From the sequence record OP589283.1: a stretch of 64,000 nucleotides of DNA; one strand, given 5' to 3'. The notes under the pieces were generated by a model. That model was not told the DNA's origin. It made no database searches and was given only the letters and a program-made list of their open reading frames with translations. A program made the position numbers and the translations under genes. This document shows positions 27,822 through 37,215 of this stretch, in pieces (the stretch's first letter is position 1; every line of letters begins with the position of its first letter).

Positions 27822-29156
27822 ATGCAATTATCTATTAAAAAGCTCCAAGCAGCGATGCTCGCTGTACTCGGCCCTGCCTCCGCTGAATTAACAGCAGCAG
27901 CAGAACATCACGGCATTAACGTGGAAAACTGTCATGCGATGCTTGCTGATGTGGTTTCTGAAATCAAATCGTTTTTAAAAACGTTGCCTATTCCTGCTAC
28001 TATCCCTGAGCAAGAAAACAAAGGGTTATATGGTTTACAACGTTTGATTTACGTTAACGGTGAAGTTATTTTAAGCGAAGCTGAAGTTGCTGAAGTTGAA
28101 AAATGTTTTGCGTTGGATTTAACTAACCCAACTCCGGTTCCACCATTCGCTGTTCACACAATGATTTTCAACACTGAAACATTGCTGGATAAAACGTTGA
28201 ACATGATTGCGGGTGCATCTGGTGATGCTGAAGCGTCCTACGTCACTCACATCCACCATCATATCGCGCGTCTGGTTTCATATCTTCACGTATTGGATGT
28301 TTATTCTCATCATTGTGCGGGTCGTAACTATGACCAACATGTCGCGGTAACAGAAGCGCTTGAAGAAACGCGTTCTGAGCTGCTAACAGAAATGGAAAAC
28401 GTTGAAGAAGAGCAAATGATGCTCTATGAAGGCGTTGAATGTTTACTGACTGGTCGCGAACCTTCTACCCAAGGTGAACTGTATACCAAAGGTATTCTAA
28501 CTGCTAACAGCGTTTACAACGTGTTTGGTGGTGAAGCATGGTACGATGGTATCATGAACGCAATTAATAAAGTTATTGAAAAAATCAAGCAAGGTTGGGA
28601 ATGGTTCATTGGTCTGTTCAAAGGTGATAAAGCGCCTGAAGAAACAATCAAGAAAGCCGAAGAAGCTGCTAAAGAAGAACTTGAAAATCTTTCTAAAGCA
28701 GGTGCTGAAGTTGAAGCCAACGATGAAAAGATCAACAAGCTTGTTGCTGCGCTTGAAAGTCTTAAATTTAAAAATGCCGCGCTTAAAAAGCATTGTGATG
28801 AATTAATCACAAAAACAAAAGGATTGGTCGGTAAAAAGGGAACTGAACTTGTTAATAAGTTTAAAACTGTTTTTGCTGACGTTAAGACCTTTTACGGTGA
28901 ATACGCCAAGCAATCTTCTTTATTCCAAAAAGGTAAAGAAAAACTTGATAGCTTGGTGAAAAGTCTTAACAAGCTTCGTGGTTTGAAGCAAGAAGACAAA
29001 GAAGCCGTTGCACAAGAACGCAGCACAGTACAACAAGAGCTAAATGAAGCAAAAGAACTCCAAAAAGAAGCCAGTGACACGGTTAAAGAGTTTGAACGCG
29101 TAGGTAATCCATTTATCCTAATGATGACCCATCCATCTAGCTTTACTGTCCGTTAA
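27822..29156 (+). CDS. Head-protein paralog with long His-rich N-terminal region (444 aa)
   Basis: GVE and GGE(~238) sites, then AWYDGIMNAINKVIEKIKQGWEWFIGLF; THIHHHIARL...YSHHC cluster; K/E coiled-coil C-terminus. Confidence 0.8.
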   Translation: MQLSIKKLQAAMLAVLGPASAELTAAAEHHGINVENCHAMLADVVSEIKSFLKTLPIPATIPEQENKGLYGLQRLIYVNGEVILSEAEVAEVEKCFALDLTNPTPVPPFAVHTMIFNTETLLDKTLNMIAGASGDAEASYVTHIHHHIARLVSYLHVLDVYSHHCAGRNYDQHVAVTEALEETRSELLTEMENVEEEQMMLYEGVECLLTGREPSTQGELYTKGILTANSVYNVFGGEAWYDGIMNAINKVIEKIKQGWEWFIGLFKGDKAPEETIKKAEEAAKEELENLSKAGAEVEANDEKINKLVAALESLKFKNAALKKHCDELITKTKGLVGKKGTELVNKFKTVFADVKTFYGEYAKQSSLFQKGKEKLDSLVKSLNKLRGLKQEDKEAVAQERSTVQQELNEAKELQKEASDTVKEFERVGNPFILMMTHPSSFTVR

Positions 29157-29158
29157 TT

Positions 29159-29557
29159 ATGGTTGATATTCATCCCACTTTATTAACCGTATTAAAAGAG
29201 CAGTTACCTTCTGTCGTCACTATTGATGGAATAGCTTCTGTAAATAAACACGTCTCTGCAATAAAGTTGGGTTATGAAAATCAAAATGTGTTGAAATCAA
29301 TTGAGAAAGTATACGTTGACCGTTTGTATGAACGTGAGATACCGACCCTATTGGTTAAGACACCCATAACTCAATCTGAAGCGATACGTCAGTTCTGTGA
29401 ACGAGATAACCTATTTCTTATTCCCGGAACAGACTATCCTTTAGATGACACACTTATTGAAATGGATGACAATATTGTTATTGTTCCTTTGCGGATATGT
29501 GATGATTCTCTTTTTTATAAAGGAGAATTGTACATTCCTGTTAAAAAGGTTGACTAA
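29159..29557 (+). CDS. Hypothetical protein (132 aa)
   Basis: ATG 2 nt after the upstream stop. Confidence 0.7.
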   Translation: MVDIHPTLLTVLKEQLPSVVTIDGIASVNKHVSAIKLGYENQNVLKSIEKVYVDRLYEREIPTLLVKTPITQSEAIRQFCERDNLFLIPGTDYPLDDTLIEMDDNIVIVPLRICDDSLFYKGELYIPVKKVD

Positions 29558-29609
29558 CAATATCGAGTGTGTTACTATGGACCCCTAATCATTTTTGGAG
29601 GGTCTTTAC

Positions 29610-29684
29610 ATGCAGAGAGTGTTAACTTGGTTGATGTTGTTGTACTTAATTGTCATTGCAATTTTAGGTTCACAGCCAATCTAA
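29610..29684 (+). CDS. Unannotated 24-aa hydrophobic peptide MQRVLTWLMLLYLIVIAILGSQPI
   Basis: GGAGG SD 8 nt upstream; single TM-like helix; strong terminator follows. Confidence 0.6.
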   Translation: MQRVLTWLMLLYLIVIAILGSQPI

Positions 29685-29693
29685 CTCACGACT

Positions 29694-29731
29694 ATACCCC
29701 TACTACTCCAGTAATGGAGTAGTAGGGGTAT
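29694..29731 (+). terminator. Intrinsic terminator
   Basis: 17-bp stem ATACCCCTACTACTCCA-gtaa-TGGAGTAGTAGGGGTAT plus T tract. Confidence 0.85.
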
Positions 29732-29778
29732 TTTATATTAAAATCCTATATAACTGTCTGGATACAAATGAGGTCATC

Positions 29779-31281
29779 ATGTACTTAAATACCTTTGTCC
29801 CGAGTCAGGAAACTTACGCAAACTACACACGTCCCATGACGTATGATTCCATTCGACGTGTTTTACGTTTCTATGGGTTAGAAGGTAGTCGACAAGTTCT
29901 GTACATGGGTGAAAGTGAAATTACACCATTAGTGGGAAGTAATTCCACAGATGGGTTAAGAGGGGATTTATTCACTGACGGCATTTTCAGAGAAAAAATC
30001 TATTGTAACGTTACTCACGATCGTTCTGAGTTTAACTCCGGTTTTTCTAATAGTCGTCGAATGATCACAGAACAACCTACGTGGTATGATTCTGATACTG
30101 GGTTGATGGTCACACCTGCATTTGAAGGTCGTATCTGTCGAGTAGAGTTAAGTTGTTTTTTCCCCTCCCGGATTAAAGCACAACAGTTCATTGCTACCCT
30201 ATCCCGACTTCAAGCTAATCAGGTGGTAGACTTCAATTTTGAAACCAACGTGCATGTCGTATTTAATGAAGGTATTTTGGGTCTTATTGAGCACATACAC
30301 GCGTTAAAATCAAAATGGGAACCTACCCTACCCACTTTAGAAGATTGGTTCGTAGGATGCGCTCAGCAGCCTTTAACAACCATCACAAATAAAGCGGGGA
30401 ATAACGCAGTTCTGGCTGTTCCTTTTAATATGCAAAATTTAGGGATACAGTTCTCAGAACCTACCATTGCGTTAGCACGTAAATCTGATTTGTTTGGTAA
30501 GTATGAAGTAATCATTCCTTACTTCTATCATTTTCAAGAATTTATCGGTTGGGAAGTACAATATCCTTTAAGTATTTATCAGGACACAATTGATGAAGAA
30601 TTTATTCCTCATAAAGAAGAAGGACAACGTCCCTTTACCCGTCGACGGAATATTGAATTAGACCAAGCAAAACAACTATGGGACGTTCAAAGTGATGTTC
30701 AACCGTATTACATCGTGCTTCCGGAATACGACCCTTGGAAAATGGAGTTTAAACGTTTTGAACTACCTATTGTTCAAGCCCGATTATCAGTAGACAATGT
30801 TCCTGAACAGGTGATGTGTAACTTCTTCGATATCCCGGGTTTTACTTGGCACCCCGCATTAAAGAATTACGTTGTCCGTAACCGTTCTAAATTATTTGAT
30901 ATGGCAAGTTCCCCGTTAATAGTAAGAATCTATAGCGGGGAAATTATGATTTTGAATACCCAACTCAGAATGGAAGAAAACGGAGATATTATCCTAAATC
31001 GCCCACCCACTATGAAAAACATCCATCATCTGGTTGTTTCATTAGATTATGGTGTCAGAGATTGGCCGGATAGTTTTTGGGAAGACATTGATATGCACCC
31101 AGAGGACAGACCTGTATTGGATGTATTGTTTCCTTGGTTTGACTGGAGTCGTTTCCCTAACAATCTTGCTGGCAATGCTAACTTGATTAGAGAGTTAATC
31201 AATCAAGGGGATGGCATCATCCACTATCCGTGGGGTCATTACATGATGCGGTTAGGTCTTCACGCACATTCTGCTTATTAA
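29779..31281 (+). CDS. Virion structural protein (gp98-like)
   Basis: GAGG RBS, 500 aa, gene order. Confidence 0.7.
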   Translation: MYLNTFVPSQETYANYTRPMTYDSIRRVLRFYGLEGSRQVLYMGESEITPLVGSNSTDGLRGDLFTDGIFREKIYCNVTHDRSEFNSGFSNSRRMITEQPTWYDSDTGLMVTPAFEGRICRVELSCFFPSRIKAQQFIATLSRLQANQVVDFNFETNVHVVFNEGILGLIEHIHALKSKWEPTLPTLEDWFVGCAQQPLTTITNKAGNNAVLAVPFNMQNLGIQFSEPTIALARKSDLFGKYEVIIPYFYHFQEFIGWEVQYPLSIYQDTIDEEFIPHKEEGQRPFTRRRNIELDQAKQLWDVQSDVQPYYIVLPEYDPWKMEFKRFELPIVQARLSVDNVPEQVMCNFFDIPGFTWHPALKNYVVRNRSKLFDMASSPLIVRIYSGEIMILNTQLRMEENGDIILNRPPTMKNIHHLVVSLDYGVRDWPDSFWEDIDMHPEDRPVLDVLFPWFDWSRFPNNLAGNANLIRELINQGDGIIHYPWGHYMMRLGLHAHSAY

Positions 31282-31290
31282 GGAGTTATC

Positions 31291-32646
31291 ATGGGGTTTA
31301 ACACTAAAGCGCTGGGTAAACCAGCAGAACCCGTACCTGATGTACCTAAAATTTATTCTGATCGCTATAAACACAGTATAGTGGATAGTCAGTACAACCC
31401 GGGACAAAACTTACTAACGATGGTTTCAGGAACCCCTCGTTTAGTAGAGTATTACCGTGGCGTGTATAACTCAACAGAAGAACCAATTGCGTTTCAACCA
31501 AGCGACATTAACACGTATCAAAGTTATACCCGTATTAAAGGGTTGGTTATCAAGGAACAAGGGGAAGGAAGTTTTAACTTTGACCCTACTTCAGGTACCA
31601 GTACCAAAACAATCTCTGCGTATACCTTATTTGATTTAGTCCCCATCAAAGGGGATATTTTGATTATGGATATCGGGGACGGTAACGCGGGTTTATTCAT
31701 GGTGTTCGAACAACCTGAAATCTTTAACGTTACTGCGGATAAGGTTTACTTTATCCAATATAAGTTTTTAGAGATTTTAAATTCAACAGTATTCGAGCAA
31801 TTGAACTCACGTGTTGTTGAAGAATTGGTGTACACCAAAGACTCCGTATTAAACGGTGGTCACGCTGTTATTGACCATGGTACGTTTAACACTCAAAAAG
31901 AGTTATTGGCTTGGCGACAAACTATTGCCCAACATATCCTGTCTAATCATTACTGGAACGCGGAAAGAACCATTGCATTAATGGAACCTAATCCTGACTA
32001 TAATTCGCTTAATGTGGATTCGATGGACCTGTTCCAAGGCAGTATGTATTACATTTATGACCCTTACCTCGTTGAATTTCTGTGTGGGATGTTGACACCT
32101 GAATTAAGGGGAACGTACACCTATATCCAAACTCACTCGTTGGAATACGGGGGGATGGCATTCAGTAGAAAGGGAACGTTAAACATTTGGGAAGTCATCA
32201 AATCACGTAACTTTAATGCGTTACCACAGTGCAATCATAAAGCCACGTGGATTGACACTCAATGGTTTTATAACACACGGTATTACGGCAATATTCGTAA
32301 TACTAAATTTACATTTGTGTTAGTAACGAATCCTGAAGATTACACTAAGTTGAATAAACAACTTTCTACCCAAGGTAATGGTGTATTGGGTAACTTTACG
32401 TTTGCTAGTCCTGCGGCAAATAAAGAGGTGGACTATTTCCTTAGTGAAGGGTTCTTTAAAGGCACCCCTACCGGTGAATTCGAAGAACTGATGGTCGACA
32501 TACTGAAAAACAATGTCATGGACCGTAATCGTCTGCTTGCCTACTGTAATACGTTTTGGGAACTCACACCTAAAGAACAATTGTACCATGGTGCTATTTT
32601 GTTGTATTTGATACAGTTGTCTCGTAAGGTCAACATGGGGATGTAA
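31291..32646 (+). CDS. Virion structural protein (gp99-like)
   Basis: AAGGAG RBS; GDILIMDIGDG motif; gene order. Confidence 0.7.
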   Translation: MGFNTKALGKPAEPVPDVPKIYSDRYKHSIVDSQYNPGQNLLTMVSGTPRLVEYYRGVYNSTEEPIAFQPSDINTYQSYTRIKGLVIKEQGEGSFNFDPTSGTSTKTISAYTLFDLVPIKGDILIMDIGDGNAGLFMVFEQPEIFNVTADKVYFIQYKFLEILNSTVFEQLNSRVVEELVYTKDSVLNGGHAVIDHGTFNTQKELLAWRQTIAQHILSNHYWNAERTIALMEPNPDYNSLNVDSMDLFQGSMYYIYDPYLVEFLCGMLTPELRGTYTYIQTHSLEYGGMAFSRKGTLNIWEVIKSRNFNALPQCNHKATWIDTQWFYNTRYYGNIRNTKFTFVLVTNPEDYTKLNKQLSTQGNGVLGNFTFASPAANKEVDYFLSEGFFKGTPTGEFEELMVDILKNNVMDRNRLLAYCNTFWELTPKEQLYHGAILLYLIQLSRKVNMGM

Positions 32647-32648
32647 CC

Positions 32649-33407
32649 ATGGAACTATCACGTTATACCCAACTACGCGAAGAGTTAATAGAAGGGTATA
32701 AAAAAATTCGTTATCAACCTTATGAGGTTTGGATAGCCCCCAAATCGCTAATGTCAGTGGAAGAGGTTAGAGAACGTTCCAATTTTCAATTCGAAGGGAC
32801 CGAGGGTGACCCCGGGTATTACGAACGAGTTGAAAAACGTCCTCTAACTATGTGGAAAATTATTCAAAACCTAAACAATTTTGAAACATTTAACGACATC
32901 AGTTTCCAGCGGCCCAATACAGATATTGTCGATATTTATGAAACGATTCAAACATACATCTTAAACTGGTGCACGATAGTGCGACATGTTCCAGAATATG
33001 GCCGGATATCGTTACATGAATTAAAGACCCTTGAAAATTTGGCTTATGTGTTATTTGACAGGTATCGGCAAATCAAACCTTTCGTTGTTGGATTTAAACA
33101 ACGGCAGGAAGATAAAATCAATGCAACTCGTACCACGGAAGAAAGGGAGGGGTTGCTTGGTCTGACGATGTTGTTAAGTCGAGGAGCGATGTTTAATGCG
33201 CAAGCAAAATATCGTACTGAAGATGACAGTTTTGTCAGTCATGTGGATCAATTGAAAGCATGGCTAAACGGCGGTCTTCAATATGAGGAACCTAAGATGG
33301 TTCCTCAACCTCACTTTAAACCTGTTGAAGTGGAAGACAGTTTGTCTAATATCAATAATAACCAAAGCACCCCAACGGGTCTGTTGGACTGGTATAGAGG
33401 AAGGTAG
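32649..33407 (+). CDS. Conserved protein (gp100-like)
   Basis: 252 aa, tightly coupled in the operon. Confidence 0.7.
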   Translation: MELSRYTQLREELIEGYKKIRYQPYEVWIAPKSLMSVEEVRERSNFQFEGTEGDPGYYERVEKRPLTMWKIIQNLNNFETFNDISFQRPNTDIVDIYETIQTYILNWCTIVRHVPEYGRISLHELKTLENLAYVLFDRYRQIKPFVVGFKQRQEDKINATRTTEEREGLLGLTMLLSRGAMFNAQAKYRTEDDSFVSHVDQLKAWLNGGLQYEEPKMVPQPHFKPVEVEDSLSNINNNQSTPTGLLDWYRGR

Positions 33408-33415
33408 GAGCAAGT

Positions 33416-34741
33416 ATGATAATTTCATCCCCCGTAAAGAACCTTATTAGACAGGCAGCGAGTAATGGGGCAGGCGGTCTGGCAAGGCTATTCACTCTGG
33501 GGGCAACCATTATCACCCCAAGTGAACATATTGTTGCGTATTTTCCAAGGGACTACACTTGTTTGTCGTTATACAACATCAATCGTACTGATGGTGGTGG
33601 AATAACACTGGATATCCAACCTGGGGTGTATTTTAACAAGATACTCCCCTTTAAGGATAACTTAAAATTAGAATTACGGGAAATGGAAGGAATTAAGCAA
33701 CGAGTGAGATTGTTTACTCTGATTCCTTTACAGACGAATAGTCCTACTTCAGCAGGTACAAGTAGTCACGCAGTCAACATGTCAGGGTTGGATACAACTC
33801 ATCTAGTAAGCTATCAATTCCAATTAGTAGACATGGGATATGCCATTCTTAAGAATAAAGAAGCATCAGACATTCATTTGATGGCAAATCTGGAAGAAGC
33901 ATTAAAGGGAAGTTTATTATCTAACTCTGTTGGGGTGAATCTCCCAGAACCGGATAATTTTAAAGGAGTTGAAATGGAAACCCCGTTAACCAATGTGAGA
34001 CGTTATCGACAAGTTGATATTCCACAAGGAACTCGATTGATCGATTTACCGACGTTCTTACAAGAAGACCCACGTTACGGGTTATACAACAAAGGATTAG
34101 GAAGCTACTATATCAAAGGGATATGGTATATTTACCCTCTTTATGGTTTAGGGCGCTACAACCGTGCAAAGTTCGTTTTAAACGTTTACCGTATCCCAGA
34201 GGATATCATGCCTACCGTTGAGAATACGTACTACTTGAATGAAAAGAGTGTTACGGTCTTAGGGTTAGGTAAAGGACAAAACATTGATAACCGGGATATT
34301 ACTCGACAAAATAAAGGGATAGGGAAACGAGTGATGTTAGCCGACGCATTAAACGGAGACGCGGGTTATTACTACGCTAAAAGCTCCGCTATTACAACAG
34401 AAACTGACGTCATGGTAGGCTTTAAGACAGCAGAACGCGGAGACGGCAATGAATTCATTCCATTGGATTTAACGCCGTCTAACAACTACTGTCATCCAAT
34501 GTCGATGGCAGCATTTAACGATGGTGAGATTATCACAGTACAGTGGCATAATAGTGATTGTTCGCTATTGGTGCCCGGTATGCCTGTGAAATATTACTAT
34601 ATGAAGGATGACGTGATTGCTATTAAAGAAGGAACTTTATTAGGTCGTAAGACCGAATATCAAATTGAAAAAACCGATAAAAACCCAGTCTTTAGAGAAC
34701 ACACGATGTTACAGTTGTTCTTAATCGACATTGAAGAGTAG
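33416..34741 (+). CDS. Baseplate hub-type protein (gp101-like)
   Basis: AGGAG RBS; YGLYNKGLGSYY and QWHNSDCSLLVPGMPVK motifs; gene order. Confidence 0.7.
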   Translation: MIISSPVKNLIRQAASNGAGGLARLFTLGATIITPSEHIVAYFPRDYTCLSLYNINRTDGGGITLDIQPGVYFNKILPFKDNLKLELREMEGIKQRVRLFTLIPLQTNSPTSAGTSSHAVNMSGLDTTHLVSYQFQLVDMGYAILKNKEASDIHLMANLEEALKGSLLSNSVGVNLPEPDNFKGVEMETPLTNVRRYRQVDIPQGTRLIDLPTFLQEDPRYGLYNKGLGSYYIKGIWYIYPLYGLGRYNRAKFVLNVYRIPEDIMPTVENTYYLNEKSVTVLGLGKGQNIDNRDITRQNKGIGKRVMLADALNGDAGYYYAKSSAITTETDVMVGFKTAERGDGNEFIPLDLTPSNNYCHPMSMAAFNDGEIITVQWHNSDCSLLVPGMPVKYYYMKDDVIAIKEGTLLGRKTEYQIEKTDKNPVFREHTMLQLFLIDIEE

Positions 34742-34749
34742 GAATCAAC

Positions 34750-34839
34750 ATGGCTATCAAAAAGAAAGTAGACATCATGTTACAAATAGTCCTTCTATCC
34801 ATCGGAGTTGTGGTAACGGCAATATCGTTAGCGATATAA
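34750..34839 (+). CDS. Unannotated 29-aa membrane peptide MAIKKKVDIMLQIVLLSIGVVVTAISLAI
   Basis: AGGA RBS overlapping the upstream stop; basic N-terminus plus one TM helix; terminator follows. Confidence 0.6.
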   Translation: MAIKKKVDIMLQIVLLSIGVVVTAISLAI

Positions 34840-34851
34840 AGTAATAAAGGT

Positions 34852-34887
34852 TAACTACTCCTGCCCTGGATGGGGCAGGAGTAGTTA
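34852..34887. terminator. Bidirectional terminator
   Basis: 15-bp stem TAACTACTCCTGCCC / GGGCAGGAGTAGTTA. Confidence 0.85.
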
Positions 34888-34902
34888 TTTTAGTATTCGA
34901 TA

Positions 34903-36456
34903 TTAAGAACCAAAATCGTCAAAGGTACTTACCGGATTACCATTTTCATCGAGTCTTGTTTGTAAATTACGTCTGAACTGAGGTTTACCTTTTACATCGT
35001 GCTTTAACCCGAACTTAGGGTCTATGTCGTAAATACCGAAACGTTTCTGAGGAGCACATCCCTCACCACGTTGTTTACCAATAGCAAACGTCCAGTAATT
35101 ACGAATATCGGTTTTAGCCACATGAATCGTAATTTCACCATCAGCTTCGTTAGTCACTTTAGTTGAGGTGTCTGTCATACTTTTACCTGCTACATCTTTA
35201 GCAAAGTAAATTTCGGATTCATCATCACTTTCTCGGAGATAACGTTTAGCGTCAGGACTTAATTGGTGTGGGGTAATAAAACAAATCCCCCTGCTCAACA
35301 TAAAAATACGGGTTTTACGGAATAACATATGAAGACGGTCACCTTTTGTGTCTCCTGTCATACCGTCCAATTCCATCATCGCTAAATAGTCGTAAAAATA
35401 GATAATGATTTCATGGCCACTGTTTTCTAATTTACGGATACGATTAGCCATGTTAGTGAAATTATCTTGGTTAGCATCAATTTGGTTAATGATGAGTCGC
35501 CAACCATTTTCTTTGAAAGTAGCTGAAATTAATTCAACCACTTCTTCCGCGGTAGATGTGTAAATGTCCTTGATGGGGTCTTCAGGCCCTAGTTCATACT
35601 TGTGAACATAAAACAACTTATACATGCGGTTAATGATTAAATCGAGTGTATCTTCAGCACTGTCCAACACCACTGTAGGTATACGACTCTTATCACGAAG
35701 TTTAGGGCGGTTATATAAAGGTACTCCCGCTAATAAGTGACCAATGGTAAAACTTTTACCCCGGTTAGTTAACGCAGGTAATAAATAAAACTTAGAACGC
35801 TTTAAACCGCCATCAGGTTCTAACCCTTGGTTGAGTCCTTGGAAAGGAGTAAGAATAACACCATCTTCACCACATTCCGCTTTGGCCTGTTTAATGACAC
35901 TTAATAAACCACCAGAATCATCACTGTTAATAGTGTCGACAATTTCTGTTGCACGTTCATCGCTGTCATTAGCAATTTTCTCATTAATGAGTTCTGCTAG
36001 ATGTATCCATTCCCCTTTAGGTAACGTTGATAAATCACCGAAATGAAAATCTTTTAATTTACGTTTAAACTTATCGTTGAAATCATTGCCTTTAAGTGTC
36101 TTGCGAATGTCCTTGATATGTTTAAAAATAAACTTTCGTGTAGCATCTTCATCTTTGAATTCTTCTAACCCGCTAATGATACTATCTTTTGTTTCGGGTG
36201 CGTCTTTTGAAAAATCATTACACTGTTGGATTAACATTGATTTTATGATAATCTCATCCTCAGGTTGTTCGAGGACCCAGTTAATAATGCTTTGAACTTT
36301 TTGTTCTATTTTTCTATCTTGCTTGAACGCATCTTTGGGTGTTTCAGGAATAGATGCAAGTAAATCTTCTAACTCTGATACCAAATTTTTATCTTTTAGA
36401 TTCTTAGATTGGTATAACGCAGTTAGGATTTTGACTAAAATAAGTAAATTACTCAT
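34903..36456 (-). CDS. dnaB: DnaB-like replicative helicase (gp118-like)
   Basis: Walker A ALTNRGKS, Walker B FYDYL, TPHQLS, arginine-finger GKQRG. Confidence 0.92.
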   Translation of the reverse strand: MSNLLILVKILTALYQSKNLKDKNLVSELEDLLASIPETPKDAFKQDRKIEQKVQSIINWVLEQPEDEIIIKSMLIQQCNDFSKDAPETKDSIISGLEEFKDEDATRKFIFKHIKDIRKTLKGNDFNDKFKRKLKDFHFGDLSTLPKGEWIHLAELINEKIANDSDERATEIVDTINSDDSGGLLSVIKQAKAECGEDGVILTPFQGLNQGLEPDGGLKRSKFYLLPALTNRGKSFTIGHLLAGVPLYNRPKLRDKSRIPTVVLDSAEDTLDLIINRMYKLFYVHKYELGPEDPIKDIYTSTAEEVVELISATFKENGWRLIINQIDANQDNFTNMANRIRKLENSGHEIIIYFYDYLAMMELDGMTGDTKGDRLHMLFRKTRIFMLSRGICFITPHQLSPDAKRYLRESDDESEIYFAKDVAGKSMTDTSTKVTNEADGEITIHVAKTDIRNYWTFAIGKQRGEGCAPQKRFGIYDIDPKFGLKHDVKGKPQFRRNLQTRLDENGNPVSTFDDFGS

Positions 36457-36506
36457 AGCTAAACAACCTTAGTAAACAACACGATGATGCCCATGAAAAG
36501 TATAGT

Positions 36507-37118
36507 ATGAATCTCGCGGTAAAAGATTACAGGAGACCATACTCGGAGGACTTGCCCTTTATGATTATTTTAGCCAACGATGAAAAAGCTAAAAATGTGT
36601 TGTTTATTAATGACATGTTTTTAAAGCTTCCTTTGTTAAACAAAAATCTCAATCTTGAAAAGTTGTTGTTTCCGGATAAAACGGTTAAAGCTCTTTTTTC
36701 TGATGTAGAAGCACTCTACACGTTAATTGAGATTAACATGGGGGTCTATAATCGTGTTCCAGAACCTGCTCCTTATGGTTACGATTTAGACGGTCTCTCA
36801 GAAGAACAAAAAATTCTTTTGAACGATAAGCTTGTTGAACGCCCTTTACATGATGAAATTAATCAGTGGTTAACAGAAGCCAATGAATTTTATGTAAAGA
36901 GTTCCGACAGTGATGTTATTGTTTGTGTTTCGACAGAAGATACAGCATTAAGCCACGGCTTTGTTAAAATGCAATCAACCAACATTAAAGAAGTTATTCT
37001 TGAGCTGTTTTATTCCCAGTTTACTTACTTTGATATTCACAATCTATCTCGCCCGAATATTCCCGGCAGCGGATTTGAAATTACAGTAGCTAAAGCGTTT
37101 GAGCTTGGACTTAACTAA
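36507..37118 (+). CDS. Conserved protein upstream of MCP (gp119-like by position)
   Basis: 203-aa ORF between helicase and capsid genes. Confidence 0.7.
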   Translation: MNLAVKDYRRPYSEDLPFMIILANDEKAKNVLFINDMFLKLPLLNKNLNLEKLLFPDKTVKALFSDVEALYTLIEINMGVYNRVPEPAPYGYDLDGLSEEQKILLNDKLVERPLHDEINQWLTEANEFYVKSSDSDVIVCVSTEDTALSHGFVKMQSTNIKEVILELFYSQFTYFDIHNLSRPNIPGSGFEITVAKAFELGLN

Positions 37119-37141
37119 AACCCCTTGTTACTAAGGGTTTC

Positions 37142-37215
37142 ATGTTATGTGTGGAAGCACAAACATATTCGAATATGTTTTTTACCTCTTATTTTCATTT
37201 TCATAGGTACTACAG
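37142..37215 (+). promoter_or_regulatory. Candidate late promoter (ATGTTATG) and structured MCP leader
   Basis: TATG at 37146-37149 matches the phiKZ late core; GGAA-loop hairpin 37148-37161; perfect 20-bp palindrome 37161-37180. Confidence 0.5.
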
